A DNA stretch of 63,485 nt, filler included, from Guillardia theta CCMP2712 (taxonomy: Eukaryota > Protista > Cryptophyta), in NCBI RefSeq assembly GCF_000315625.1. It is 3 parts of 3 records of this genome, joined end to end, with 100 filler letters (N's around TTAATTAATTAA, not from the genome) between each part and the next. Parts side by side here need not be neighbours in the genome. Positions count along the whole stretch, not along the records: positions 36,152 to 63,485 come from NW_005434640.1; 2 more parts are not named here. One strand, written 5' to 3'. The notes beneath the pieces were generated by a model. That model saw only the letters and a program-made list of their open reading frames with translations, searched no databases and was not told the origin of the DNA. Below are positions 40,016 to 50,724 of the stretch, in pieces; position 1 is the first letter of the stretch; each line of letters begins with the position of its first letter. The position numbers and the translations under genes are program-made.

Positions 40016-42554
40016 GCGGCAGAAGCAGAAGCAGCAGCAGAAGCAGCAGCAGAAGCACTAAGAAGACATCTTGAAGTGCAAAGGGAACAACAAGGCGTGC
40101 AAGGAGGGATCTGAGACAAGAGAAGCGTCATGGAACAAGTAAACCTCTCACCTGGATCCAACTGAACTTGGCGACCTCTATGAAGGTCGGGACGTACCAG
40201 ACCTTCTGGTTGGGGATCTTGACTTTGAGCCGGATGACAAAGTTGCATTTGCTGCACCAGCTGGTCAGAACGAGACAATGAAACCAGAGACGGCAGGGCG
40301 AGAACAGGGAGGAGGGGGGAAGGGAGGTAGAGGAGGGGAGGAGGAAGGTAGACGAGGGAGGAGGCGGCTGAAGTGAGAGCGAGGAACGTAAAGGAAGTGA
40401 GGGTGGGCAGGCAAGTCAAAGTGGAAGAGGAGAGGGAGTGGGTGGTCGCACGACGGGGGAGGAGGGGGGCGAGAGGTGGAGGAGGGATAAGGATTGGAGT
40501 AGAAAGCTGAAAACGAGAGGACGGAGCGAGGGAGAATAGAGGACGCTTACGGGTTACATCCAACCATGGCAACATTCCAGGTCGAGACCGCTGGCTCTAG
40601 AAGGAACGTGTCGTTCCTAGCAGCAACCTGCGAGGAGGAGGACGTGGAAGAGGAGCAGTAGCAGAAGGAAGAGGAGCAGGACCAGGACCAGGACCAGGAC
40701 CAGGAGGAGGACCAGGACCAGGGGGAGGAGGAGGAGGAGGAGGACCAGGAGGAGGGAGACGAAATTCAGAAATTCTCGTGAAACATTTGTGGTTGACCTT
40801 GTCGACGAGGCTCGTCATGGTGACTTCTGACGACGAGAGGGTCCTGAGATGTCAGCGTGAGAAAGCAGGTCGACGGATTAGCAGGGCAGGCAGGAAGCCG
40901 TGAAGGAGGTAGAGGAGAAGAAGGTCGGAGGGACAGGGAGGGAGGGGGTAGAGGTGAAGAGCGAGGGGCAGTGGGAGGGAGGGCAGGAGGGAAGGAAGGA
41001 AGCGGGGAAGGAGAAATAGAGAGGAGGGAAGGAGGAAGAGGAGATGAAGGAAGCGAGGTGTAGGAGCGGAGTAGAGGATTAGAGGAGGATAGGAATTGTC
41101 TTGTTCCTGACCTGTTGGTGGGGAAGAGCGGGTCCCTGGTTGTGCGAACAGACGGGAGGACAGGAAGAGCGTTGGCGAGGCTCAGGGAAAGGCTGCCAAG
41201 AAAACGAGTTACCACTCCCACCTTCCACTTCTTCTCCCGCTCCTAATTCCCTTCTTGTCCTGCAATCCTCATTCCACTCCTTTTTGTCTGCGCAGCTCAC
41301 TTTGCTTGCTTGCTCTTCCTCGTACTTGCTTCTACTTTATTCCTCCATTCTCTCCTCTCCTTCGCTTTCCCTCCCTCAACCCTCAGCCTTCACTCTCCCG
41401 TTGCAAACTTTACCCTCCATCCACATTCCCTCCCTCCCCTCCCCTTTGTTCCCCTCGAACTCTCCTTCTTCTCCCTCCCTATCCCCCTCCCCCTCTCTCC
41501 TCTCCTCTTCTCACCTCCCAGACACGAAGAGTTCTCGCCCGGCCACTCCCCCCGTGTGCGACAGCAGCACAGGAGCCTCCACGTTGAGCCTCACGCGGTT
41601 CCTCAGCATGTAACTGAACATGAAGATCCCTTCTACCCGTTGAACCTGCTCCTCCTCCACGACGGGGAACGTGGCAGAGAGTAGAAACTGGTCGGTGATA
41701 CCGTCGCCGTTGATGTCTTCATGCCGAACACGAATGTCGGGATACCTGACGAGAACGGTCACGACAAGCCTGGGGAGTGACGAGTGGAAGACCAAGACAG
41801 CGAAAGAGAATGAGAGGAGGATGTCAAAGAGGAGAATGTCATTCTAGGATACCATGAAGATGGCAACGAGGAGGAAGAGAACATGGAGGGACGAGTAAGA
41901 CGAAGAGAAGACGAAGGAGATGGTCGTTAGCAGGGAACAGCATCAAAGGGCAGAGCATGGAAAAATCAAAGAAGAGATGAGGAGCTGGTGATCGAAGGAC
42001 AGGGGATCGGGCTACAAGGGGCAACAAAAACAGAAGATAGCACTCGTTCTGCACGGGCAGCTCCCCGAGTTGCATTCAAGGAAAAGGCTACTAACAACTC
42101 ACCTCAACACATCGTTGTTGATGAGATTGATCTGCTCAAAGGAGCTGAAGGCGGGCAAAAGTCAGCTCGAAATCCTCCTTGTCCTCCTCCTCCTCCTCCT
42201 CTTGCTCCCAGCGTCTCACACCTGTACTTGAGCTCGAAGGGTTTACCAGACGTTGAATTGGTCCCCATCAGCTTCAGGAAGTACTGATCCCTGTAAGACA
42301 CGATGGGTTGCTCCCTGTAGAAGCTCTCCTTCAACCACAATCCTGCTTGCGCTGCTCAGCAACAGGACATTTGGACTGGCTCGCCCCCCCCCCCTCCCCC
42401 CCCTCCATCCTCTCTCCTCACCGTGCGAGAAGTAGGCTATCAGAAATCCGAAGATGATCACGGACACATGCGCAAGGAACACGAACAAGGTAGCAGAGGA
42501 GAAGAACGGAGCAACAAAACGAATCTTGACGGGGTGGGTGTGAACGCAGAACAT
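39781..42554 (-). CDS. TMEM231: Ciliary transition-zone transmembrane protein 231
   Basis: MFCVHTHPVKIRFVAPFFSSATLFVFL...LIAYFSH|GLWLKESFYREQPIVSY matches the TMEM231 N-terminus. Later exons read HEDINGDGITDQF and PQQTVWYVPTFIEVAKFSWIQ (TMEM231 K-x-x-W-I/V-Q motif). Confidence 0.85.
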
Positions 42555-43162
42555 TGCTGGTTTGCTGAATTCTCAGGTTGTCTTCAAGACCTCTACAATC
42601 CCAACTTGCTGGTAGCGGATCAACACATCACTTGCACGACCTTCCTGCGCACAAGAGATGAGAGGAGAATTGAGAAAATGGCGGGGCAGTCATCGCATGT
42701 GCCGAGAAGTTATCCTCATAGAGATCTCCTGAGCTTCTACCTTCTGACTGCTCTGTAAATCAGCCTACTTCATCTCCGTCCCTTTTCACAACCGCTGGTC
42801 AAAGTTAACTCCTTCATGCTTTCTTCTCTACGAACTTGTCTCTGCACTAAATTACATCCTGGCCTATCCTCTTGCCTTGTTTCTTTGCCCCGTTTCTTTC
42901 TCCTCCCTTCCCCGCTTTCCCGTTTCTCCTCTCTCCTCCCTCCTCTCTCCTCCCTCCTCTCTCCTCCCTCCTCTCTCCTCGCTCTCTCTCTCCATCCTCC
43001 GCATTATTGGCCCGTCTTTCCCTCCAATTTTTTCAACCGACTACCCTACCACCCACCATACCTCCTGACTATTCAATTTCAGATTGTACCCCCTTATATG
43101 ACCGCAATGATGGGGGTACTTTGGAATCCTGGGGTAGGGTGGGAAACCCTGAAGAAGAAGAA

Positions 43163-45110
43163 ATGGCAGGGGAGGCGGCGATGAGAATGGCAATCCTATG
43201 GGCGTTTGCGATCATGACAGGGTGAAGTCTTGATGCTATCATGTTCGAATCATCTTGAAACCTCCTCTTCCTTTCTGTGATCCCTCCGCCGATCTTCCTG
43301 CTTCTCCCCACAGTCTCGCTCACTCCTCGTCTGATGGAGAGGGTTTGTCGGATGACGATAGGGCAGGCTATCCACAGAGAGCTGCGGGAACGAGAAGATC
43401 GACATTGCGTTTGTGTTTTATTATATCCCAGACAGGTCCATCTCGCAGATTGTGACATTTTCCTCAAGACGCCTCTGAGCATTCTAAACAGCAATACAGA
43501 ACTGTCAAGATCACCATACTGGCATGATCCCGGCATGCCCGTCAAACTTACTGCGCACTTGAGACTTTCTCATTCTCTTTTTCTACCATCAGGGTTTCGT
43601 CGAGCCCTGGAGCTGCTGGAGCAAGAACATGCCATGATTGTCCATCGTTTCAACATAGCTGACGAACAGGTCCGACCTACTCTAGAGCAGGTGAAGAAGC
43701 TCCTGCCCTTGCTCCTGACTTGACGCTCGTGTATGGAGAGCAGGAGATATCCAGAAAGCGATTCTCCTTCATCTTTGCCAAGGGCTGCTGGCACACACCT
43801 GTGGGTAAGTCAGGGTTCCCCGCTGCTCACGGGGCGTGACGGGATCCAAGACAAGTACATGCGATCGAGGATACTGCGTTTGAAGCCCAAGTCGATGAAG
43901 GAAAAGAACAACACGATTGTCGCATGTAGTTGTTGCTGATGAGATGCCCTTGCAGGCAGGACTGTTTCCCGCGTGCTCGAGCGCTCCGCCTCCCGACGAG
44001 GTTCGCGTAGCGCGTGGGCCCAGCAACTCGGGATGACCTGAGGACAGGAGACTGGAGAGCCGATATCACTGGTCTATGACGTCATCTACTACGACAAGTG
44101 AAAGATGAAGTTCCGTTCTCTTCCCCTCTGATCCCTCCCATCGTCAGGCTCTGGTTGAGAGGGACTTTCTCGCACCATCCACTGGCGGTGAACGACACTT
44201 GACCTGACCGTTCGTCCTGCGGTCATGTTGGTGAAGCTCTCTCAGATCCATGCCTTCGGTGTGGATGCAGGAAAGACGTTCAGAGCCTCAGGTGGACGGC
44301 GAGGGCTCCCCTCCGGTGATGACATGCCTGCAGGGAACCAGAGGAGCGGGGGACCAAAACTCTTCGACTACGTCAGCGTTGGTATCTTCGCGCCGTGGAA
44401 GAGACATGAAAACATCCTGGTTGCTCCTCCACCCTATGGATGGAAGGATGATTGTGATGTGACGGTCAGGACAAGAACGGCAGCAGGCTGGTAGTGGGGT
44501 ATGGGTGGAGGCCGCAAGAGTCGAGCGAAGTGATCTCGGCACTGTGATCTGCAAACGAGGAAATAGATGTTGCTGCTGATGCTCTCGTGCTTGCAGATTC
44601 TCCGGGGGTGTTGCCGTCTGGCAGAATCTGCACCCATCCAAGATGTGCCTGCTCTACATGTGCTCGCTAGCCTTGCGCTGCTCTCTTCAGAGGAAGGAGC
44701 TTACCTCGCGACAGGAACACCGAGAAGCTGCTGATGGCGGCCAATGAGCTGGGAGGAGGAGAGAGAGTTATCCTAGAAGCAAGGGCTTGCGGGCTCCCTG
44801 CGCAAGTACTGCCTGCCTGGTGTGGATGGGGGAGGAGGTGAAGGCGTCAACGCAGGATATAGAGGTCGCAGCTGACAATCACAAGATCCTTGAGTTCCTC
44901 GACGGCCCCATCTACAACGCCTCCTACTACTCCTCCCAAGTTTGAAGCAAGTCAAGCCTCTGCTGCACCTGACATGCTCGATAGATCGCCCTAGGGGTCC
45001 GGAAGTCCCTCGGAGCTGCTAGCACGGCCGCACACAGTGACGGTAATCAGCCAGCGGTGGCGTCGTCAGGTGAGCACCTCGAGCCCTTCACTGTCAAGAT
45101 TTCAGCATGA
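43163..45110 (+). CDS. Signal-peptide-bearing GT-B (GT4-like) glycosyltransferase, many tiny exons
   Basis: Hydrophobic N-terminus MRMAILWAFAIM, then WHDP|GFRRALELL, VYDVIYYD, IHAFGVD, FDYVSVGIFAPWKRHE and LLMAANELGGGERVILEARACGLP (resembles the GT4 E-x7-E / LEAMACG motif), followed by DNHKILEFLDGPIYNASYY. Confidence 0.65.
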
Positions 45111-45832
45111 GACTGAGCCTCGGAACATTGATCGGAAGAGCCTCGAAGGGGGATAGGATACTGTATTTCCATGGCAGCCATCATGAATGAAACACACAAT
45201 ATACAAATATACCATGTCTTGTCACTACCGTACGGAAGCCACGCAAGTCCAACATTACCGTAACTTAATGAGTGACACCGGGCCCCCCACACCGGGCCCC
45301 CCACCGCCCGGCCGGGCCAAGTCCGGTGATCGGAGGCTCCGTACGGGCCGGGTATCCGCCGGCCGGCCGGCCCTCGACCGCCGGAAGTTGGCCGCGGCTC
45401 GCGGCCCTCCGAGTCAGCTTTACTCAAAGTCAGCCCGTCGGAGTCGCCCGGGATCTGCCGAGGCCTCCGAACTGGGCCGTCGTAACGGTCAAGTCCGGCC
45501 CGGAAATGCCTGGCGCGTGTATGAGGGGGATGCGCGAGTTCCTGTAGTAAACTTGTGTTGAGTGAAATATGGGCGGTAGTTGCCAGATCCGCACACTACT
45601 GGGGTAAACAAAAATCGCTAATGGGCGGAGGGAGGATGGGGTACTGACGGCAAGCCAAGCTCCTCCCCTGCGTCGATCGTTCTGGTTGGAGGGAGACAGC
45701 GAGCTTCAAGGAAGAAGCAGAACCACATACCAGGGCAAAGGCAGGGACTTGGGGAGGGACAAGACGCTGAGGCCGAGGTAGTAGCAGGAGGAACGGGAAT
45801 AGCACAGCGATTTTGACGACGATTCACCAGCC

Positions 45833-48800
45833 ATGATCGATAGGCCGGTGAGGTTTCCGATGCCCTCCTGGCGCTTTTTTATCCTGCTGGTACTGCTGAC
45901 GCTGTGCCAATCGGGAGTGAGAGTGAAATCCATGACGACATGGGTGCGGAGGTCAGACGCAAGGAATCTGTTGCAAGACATTGAGAAGGATGTTTGCAAT
46001 GGACTCTGGTTCGACTTTCGCTACCTGATAGGTGAGGGTCCCAAACATGAGTGAGTGTAGATGTATCTGATTTGTTGGGGTCAGGGAGGACGTATGAAAG
46101 CCTCTACGGGCCCTACGTGCTTTTTGAAGACGAAAAGACAACTTTCAAGCCATTGGAGAATGCTTCATTTTGTTCCATATTGAGCTTTGTAAAGGACTTT
46201 CTCATCACTTTTCCTTTCACTGACTTTGTTCTCACAGGCTGGAGTCAATTGCGATCCCATGAACGAGTTGGAAGGGATCAACAGGATAGTCGACAGCAAC
46301 CAGTGCTCCCTGATATTCAAGTACCTCCAGAGGCATCTGAACATGCACAAGATCAACCGGTGGCTCGAGTTATCTTCATGTGCAGCAGAGATGCACTCAA
46401 CTGAAGTTGTCGGCGACAAGAATCTCGAGATGGTGAAGTTCGAGCTCTCAAGGCATATGATGAGCTACCTGGTCCTTGACACCGACGTGAACGTGCCGCT
46501 GCTCTGCGGACTGTTCCATTCGCTCGTAGAGGATCCGGATTTGGAGCTCATTCCCAAGGACCAGGATGTTGGTGTTTGCAACAAGTCTGGCTCATATGCT
46601 TGCGCACCCAAGGACTGGCGGTGGTGCGACAATGCCACGTCATCAGAGAAGTCGTCAGTTGAGGTCATTTACTCCGACCTGCTGCAGTCCCAGCTGCAGA
46701 ACGTCAGAGACAAGATCCAGCAGTCTGTTGAAAAGTCCCTGAGGTCCCTGGTAGACGATGCTTTCTCGTGGGTGCTGGAGCGGGATCCCTCGGAGCAGGA
46801 GGAGGACTCGCTCGTGGCCCTGCTGCAACAAGGGAAGGATTTCAAGTACCTTGTACAGTACCTGCACTCCACCAAGGAGTACAGGATCAAGTGCGCAGCG
46901 GCATTCTGCACGGCCAACAGCAAGAAGGCGGTTGACAACGTGTTCCACGAAGTGCTGCTACGTCCCGCAGACCCGGTAGCACTCCGCAGGTACACGGACA
47001 TGCTGCACGATGGTTTCCATACCACGACGCTCCGCAAGATTCTCAAGGAGTCGGAGGAGTACAAGACCCTCTGCCTCAGAGACGGACTTTCTGTCTGCGA
47101 CAGCGCCCGCTCCATCGTCCGGATGATGTACCTCAAAGTGCTGGGACGGCACCCGGACCTCGGCGGGCTGACGGCGTACTCGCGGCAGCTCGTCCTGGGG
47201 AAGTTCACTGAGAGCCAGCTGCAGAACGAGCTGGAGAAATCAGATGAGTTTGTCAACGGGGCAGGGCTGAGGAGGAAGGCACTTTCCATCGTGGAGACGT
47301 TGAAGAGAGGGTATCAGGAGTGCTCCGACGCTCGCTTCACTGAGAACCCCTACTGGAACGGGCGATGGTGCGACAGGAGTGGGTGCGACGACAACTCCAG
47401 CGTTCCCTGCACGACTTTCCCTCTTGAGATGTACGCGCAGACTGAGATGGAGCTGGCGGGGGTCAACCCTTCGCTCCCCGCCAGTGAAGTGCGGAAGTTC
47501 GAGGAGCTGGTCAAGGTCGTGACCGAGGGCTACGTCCGCCTGCTGGGACGATACCCCGATCGAGGCTTCTTGATCTCCAACATGGGCAAGTACATGACGG
47601 GCGAAGCGTCCACGGACGGTCTGCACGATCAGTTGCTGTCGAGCCAGGAGCGTCAGGACAACCTCCAGCAGCGGTCGGAGGGGACGGCGAGGGCGGGTTG
47701 GATCGACAAGATCAACATACTCTCTAAGCTCATGATCCGCTACAACCTCTCCTTCCCGGAGGAGGTCGCCCACTGCTTCCGCTTCCAACCCCAGGGCGAC
47801 GTCACCTCTGACACCATCGCAGAGTTCATGGACTCCAGCACCAGTGATGGCAAGCTGCCCTGCCACAGCATCGGGAAGGTGCTCTCGACGCTCCAGGAAG
47901 CCTGGAACCAGCACGGCCCGCTGCTGGGCCTGCAGCAGGAGGAGGAGCCGATGCTCCCGATCGCCATGTACGTCAACGAGCGACCGCAGTACTTCCTGCA
48001 GGTTGTCAGGAGCCTGCAGGCGGTCCACAACATCCGCAAGGTTGCGGCGATTGTCATCTCGATGGACAGCGTCAAGGAGGAGATGCTGGACATTGCCTTG
48101 AGCATCGACTTTGCCCCTTCCGCATCATTTTCCACCCTGTCAACGAGGACCTGCTCAAGAATCAGCCTCTCCTCGCCATCAAGGTAATTGTGGTCGAGCT
48201 TGAACAACCCTCCTGATCCCCTTGCCATCTTCATCTTCTCTTTTCTCCTCCCCCTCCCTCTCTCATCTCATCTCATCTCATCTCATCTCATCTCATCTCA
48301 TCTCATCTCATCTCATCTCATCTCATCTCATCTCATCTCATCTCATCTCATCTCATCTCATCTCTTCCCCTCCCCTTCCATTTTCCTATCCCTCCACTCA
48401 ACTCATCTCCTCTCTCTTTCCATCCTATCCCCTTCTCTCCCCCCCCTTCACCTCCTCTCCCCTTCTCTCTCCCCTCTGACTCATCAACTCGCAGCTCCAC
48501 TGGATCTGGTTGCAGGACATGCTGTGGAACAACATTGCCGAGACGAGAGGATGGAAGGGAGACATCGCTCTGCTCGAGGAAGATCACGTGGTCTCGTCCG
48601 ACTACCTGGACTTGCTCAGCCACCTGGTCTACCTCAAGCAGCATCACTGCCCAAGGTGCTGGGGGGTGACTCTGCGCTGGGCTTGCATGCACTCCGATGA
48701 TGAGGACGGGACGAAAGTCTGCCGCAGTCACTCGGTGATCAACACCGGCATCGCCTTCAACCGATCCACGTCAGTATCCTCCCTCCTCCCTTGCCCTCCC

Positions 48801-49918
48801 TGCTGGTCCTCAGTGTTTCTGCCTCCCTCAATCCTTCTTTCCTCCTCTTCCTCTTTCTTGGCTGCCTGTTCCGCCTCAATCTGCTCGCCTTCCTTCTTCC
48901 CCTCTCTTCCCGGTTTTCTTTTTTAGCCTCTCTCTCATTGAGATTCTATTGATCTCCCTCTTCACGTTCTACATCTGCTGATCGTTTGCACCAGATACCT
49001 TGCAATCAAGAACAGCAACTTTGACTTGTTTGCTGATGGTTGGGACTGGTCTTTATTCCATCTCGCACAGGTAAACCCATTTAATCTCCTCCTCCTCCTC
49101 CTCCTCCTCCCTCCCCTCCCCTCCCCCCCCCTCCCCTCCTCTCCTCATCTTTCTCTCTCTCCTCCCTCCTCCCACCACACTATCATCCGCCTCCTTCTCT
49201 CCCTCCCTGGTCCATCCTCCTCCATCCTCCATCCTCTTCCTTCGGCAGCACATCTCACGGCAAACACATCAGACCGGGCAGATGCCTCCCATGATGATTG
49301 GCCCGGCTCTCTCGCGGGTTCGCAACGTAGGAAGGGAGGGAGTCACCGTTACTGAGAAAGGTCCCACCTGTTGCTCTTCCTCCTTCCTTTCCCCCCTCCT
49401 TGCTCTACCCTCTTCTGCCGTCTTCCGTCTGTTTCTCTTCCCCGCCTCCTTCTCTCCTCTCCCTCCACTGCCTGCTTCCCCTCCCCTTGTCTTTCCTCCC
49501 CCTCCCTCGCAGCGTCTGAGCTTCACCTCCAGGGGACGAGTTCTTGCAGCGACAACTTGAGTATGCAGTAGCCAAGAACTCCCAAGATTCTCTTCCTCTT
49601 GATCATCTTTGGATTGACAAGAAGGTTCCTCCTCTAACCCTGCTCCTCCTCCTCCCCCATCTCTCCTCCTCTCCTTCACTGCCTTACCTCGTTCCGTATC
49701 CGTCCCCTTCATCCGTCCTCATCCTCCTCATCCTCCTCCTCTCCCTACCTCCCTTCTCTTCCCCTCCCCCCTCCTTATTCTTGATCGAATCCTTGACGCT
49801 CTTCTCAGGATCGCAACCAGTTCACCCCTCCCATGTGGGAGCCCCTCTACCTGGGAGCAGGCATTGGGTTCCTTGCTCCTCAGGCGTGAATTTGCCGCCA
49901 CCTCACAAGACGCAGTGA
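45833..49918 (+). CDS. Type-II membrane protein with 4 DUF4214-like repeats fused to an MGAT2/GnT-II (GT16)-like domain (apparent frameshift near 48115)
   Basis: N-terminal TM WRFFILLVLLTLC; four repeats in the 46240-48183 exon; then PIAMYVNERPQYFLQVVRSL, IVISMD, IDFAP(FRIIFHP), K|LHWIWLQDMLW, IALLEEDHVVSSDY, LKQHHCPRC, NTGIAFNRS and DGWDWSL, colinear with MGAT2 motifs (VHNRPEYL, HHWWWK, LFLEEDH, CPEC, NMGLA, YNWDWTL). Confidence 0.82.
48262..48362. repeat. Intronic (TCTCA)n microsatellite
   Basis: Perfect pentamer run in the MGAT2-like gene intron 48184-48494. Confidence 0.95.
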
Positions 49919-50724
49919 AAGGAAAAGGTCTATATGACATGTTATGCTAGTCAAGTCAGGTTATCATATTATCAAGTTAAATTCACTTAACAAAAAGTAA
50001 GTTTCCACCCCGGTGTTGAACACTGACTGCATGGCGTTCGCTTGTTGGTTCTGCTACGCCGTAGTACGAGCAAACCGTCGGACGGTCAGTAATGGCCATC
50101 ATGAGAGTCTTCCCGGCCAGCCGCCAAGTTGACCCTGACACAGTCGCACTGAGGCCATGCGATGAGAGTGAAGACAGAGACTCAGGACAACCCTTCCTCC
50201 TTGCTTCAATCCGAACGGCCCGCGGCCGGGCCGCCGGGCCCGCCGGGCTGAGTGACAGGGCGGCCAGTCCGTCACTAGAGACTCCGGGACATCCAACTAA
50301 CGACCTGATCTATTCCCCCACCCCAGCAAAGAAGGGGAAAATTACAAGAATGTACCGGTAGTCCTCTGTGGAGGCCAATGATCCGCAAACTACGATGGTC
50401 GAGGGGAGGAGGGAGGAGGGAGGAGGAGGAGGAGGAGGAGGAGGAGAGATGGTGAGGAGGAATAAGATGCAGCAAAGACAGCAGAGAGAAAGACAGGAAG
50501 TGTAGAGGAGAAGAAGAGCACATGAGATATAGTAATGTAAGAGCAACGCCCTGGATCCCATGACAAAGTGTCCACGAAGCAAGAGTTTCGGAGCAAGAGT
50601 ACATCTGCCGCTGTTGAGAGATGAAGTTTGTATGTGTCTGTATGATGTATGCTCAAAATTACCGCAATGATATCTCTCTGGTTGAAGGTTGTAGAAGAGA
50701 TTGAACAGCTGTCCCTGGCAGAAC

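Noticed and set aside
50240-50720. Possible TPP riboswitch upstream of the THI5-like gene (GCTGAG near 50247, ACCTGATC near 50303)
   Set aside because: The required downstream GG(A/T)TAATxCC...GCG motif and pairing stems are not visible, and no aptamer was seen in introns or the 3' UTR. An Infernal TPP search including the unsequenced gap would be decisive.
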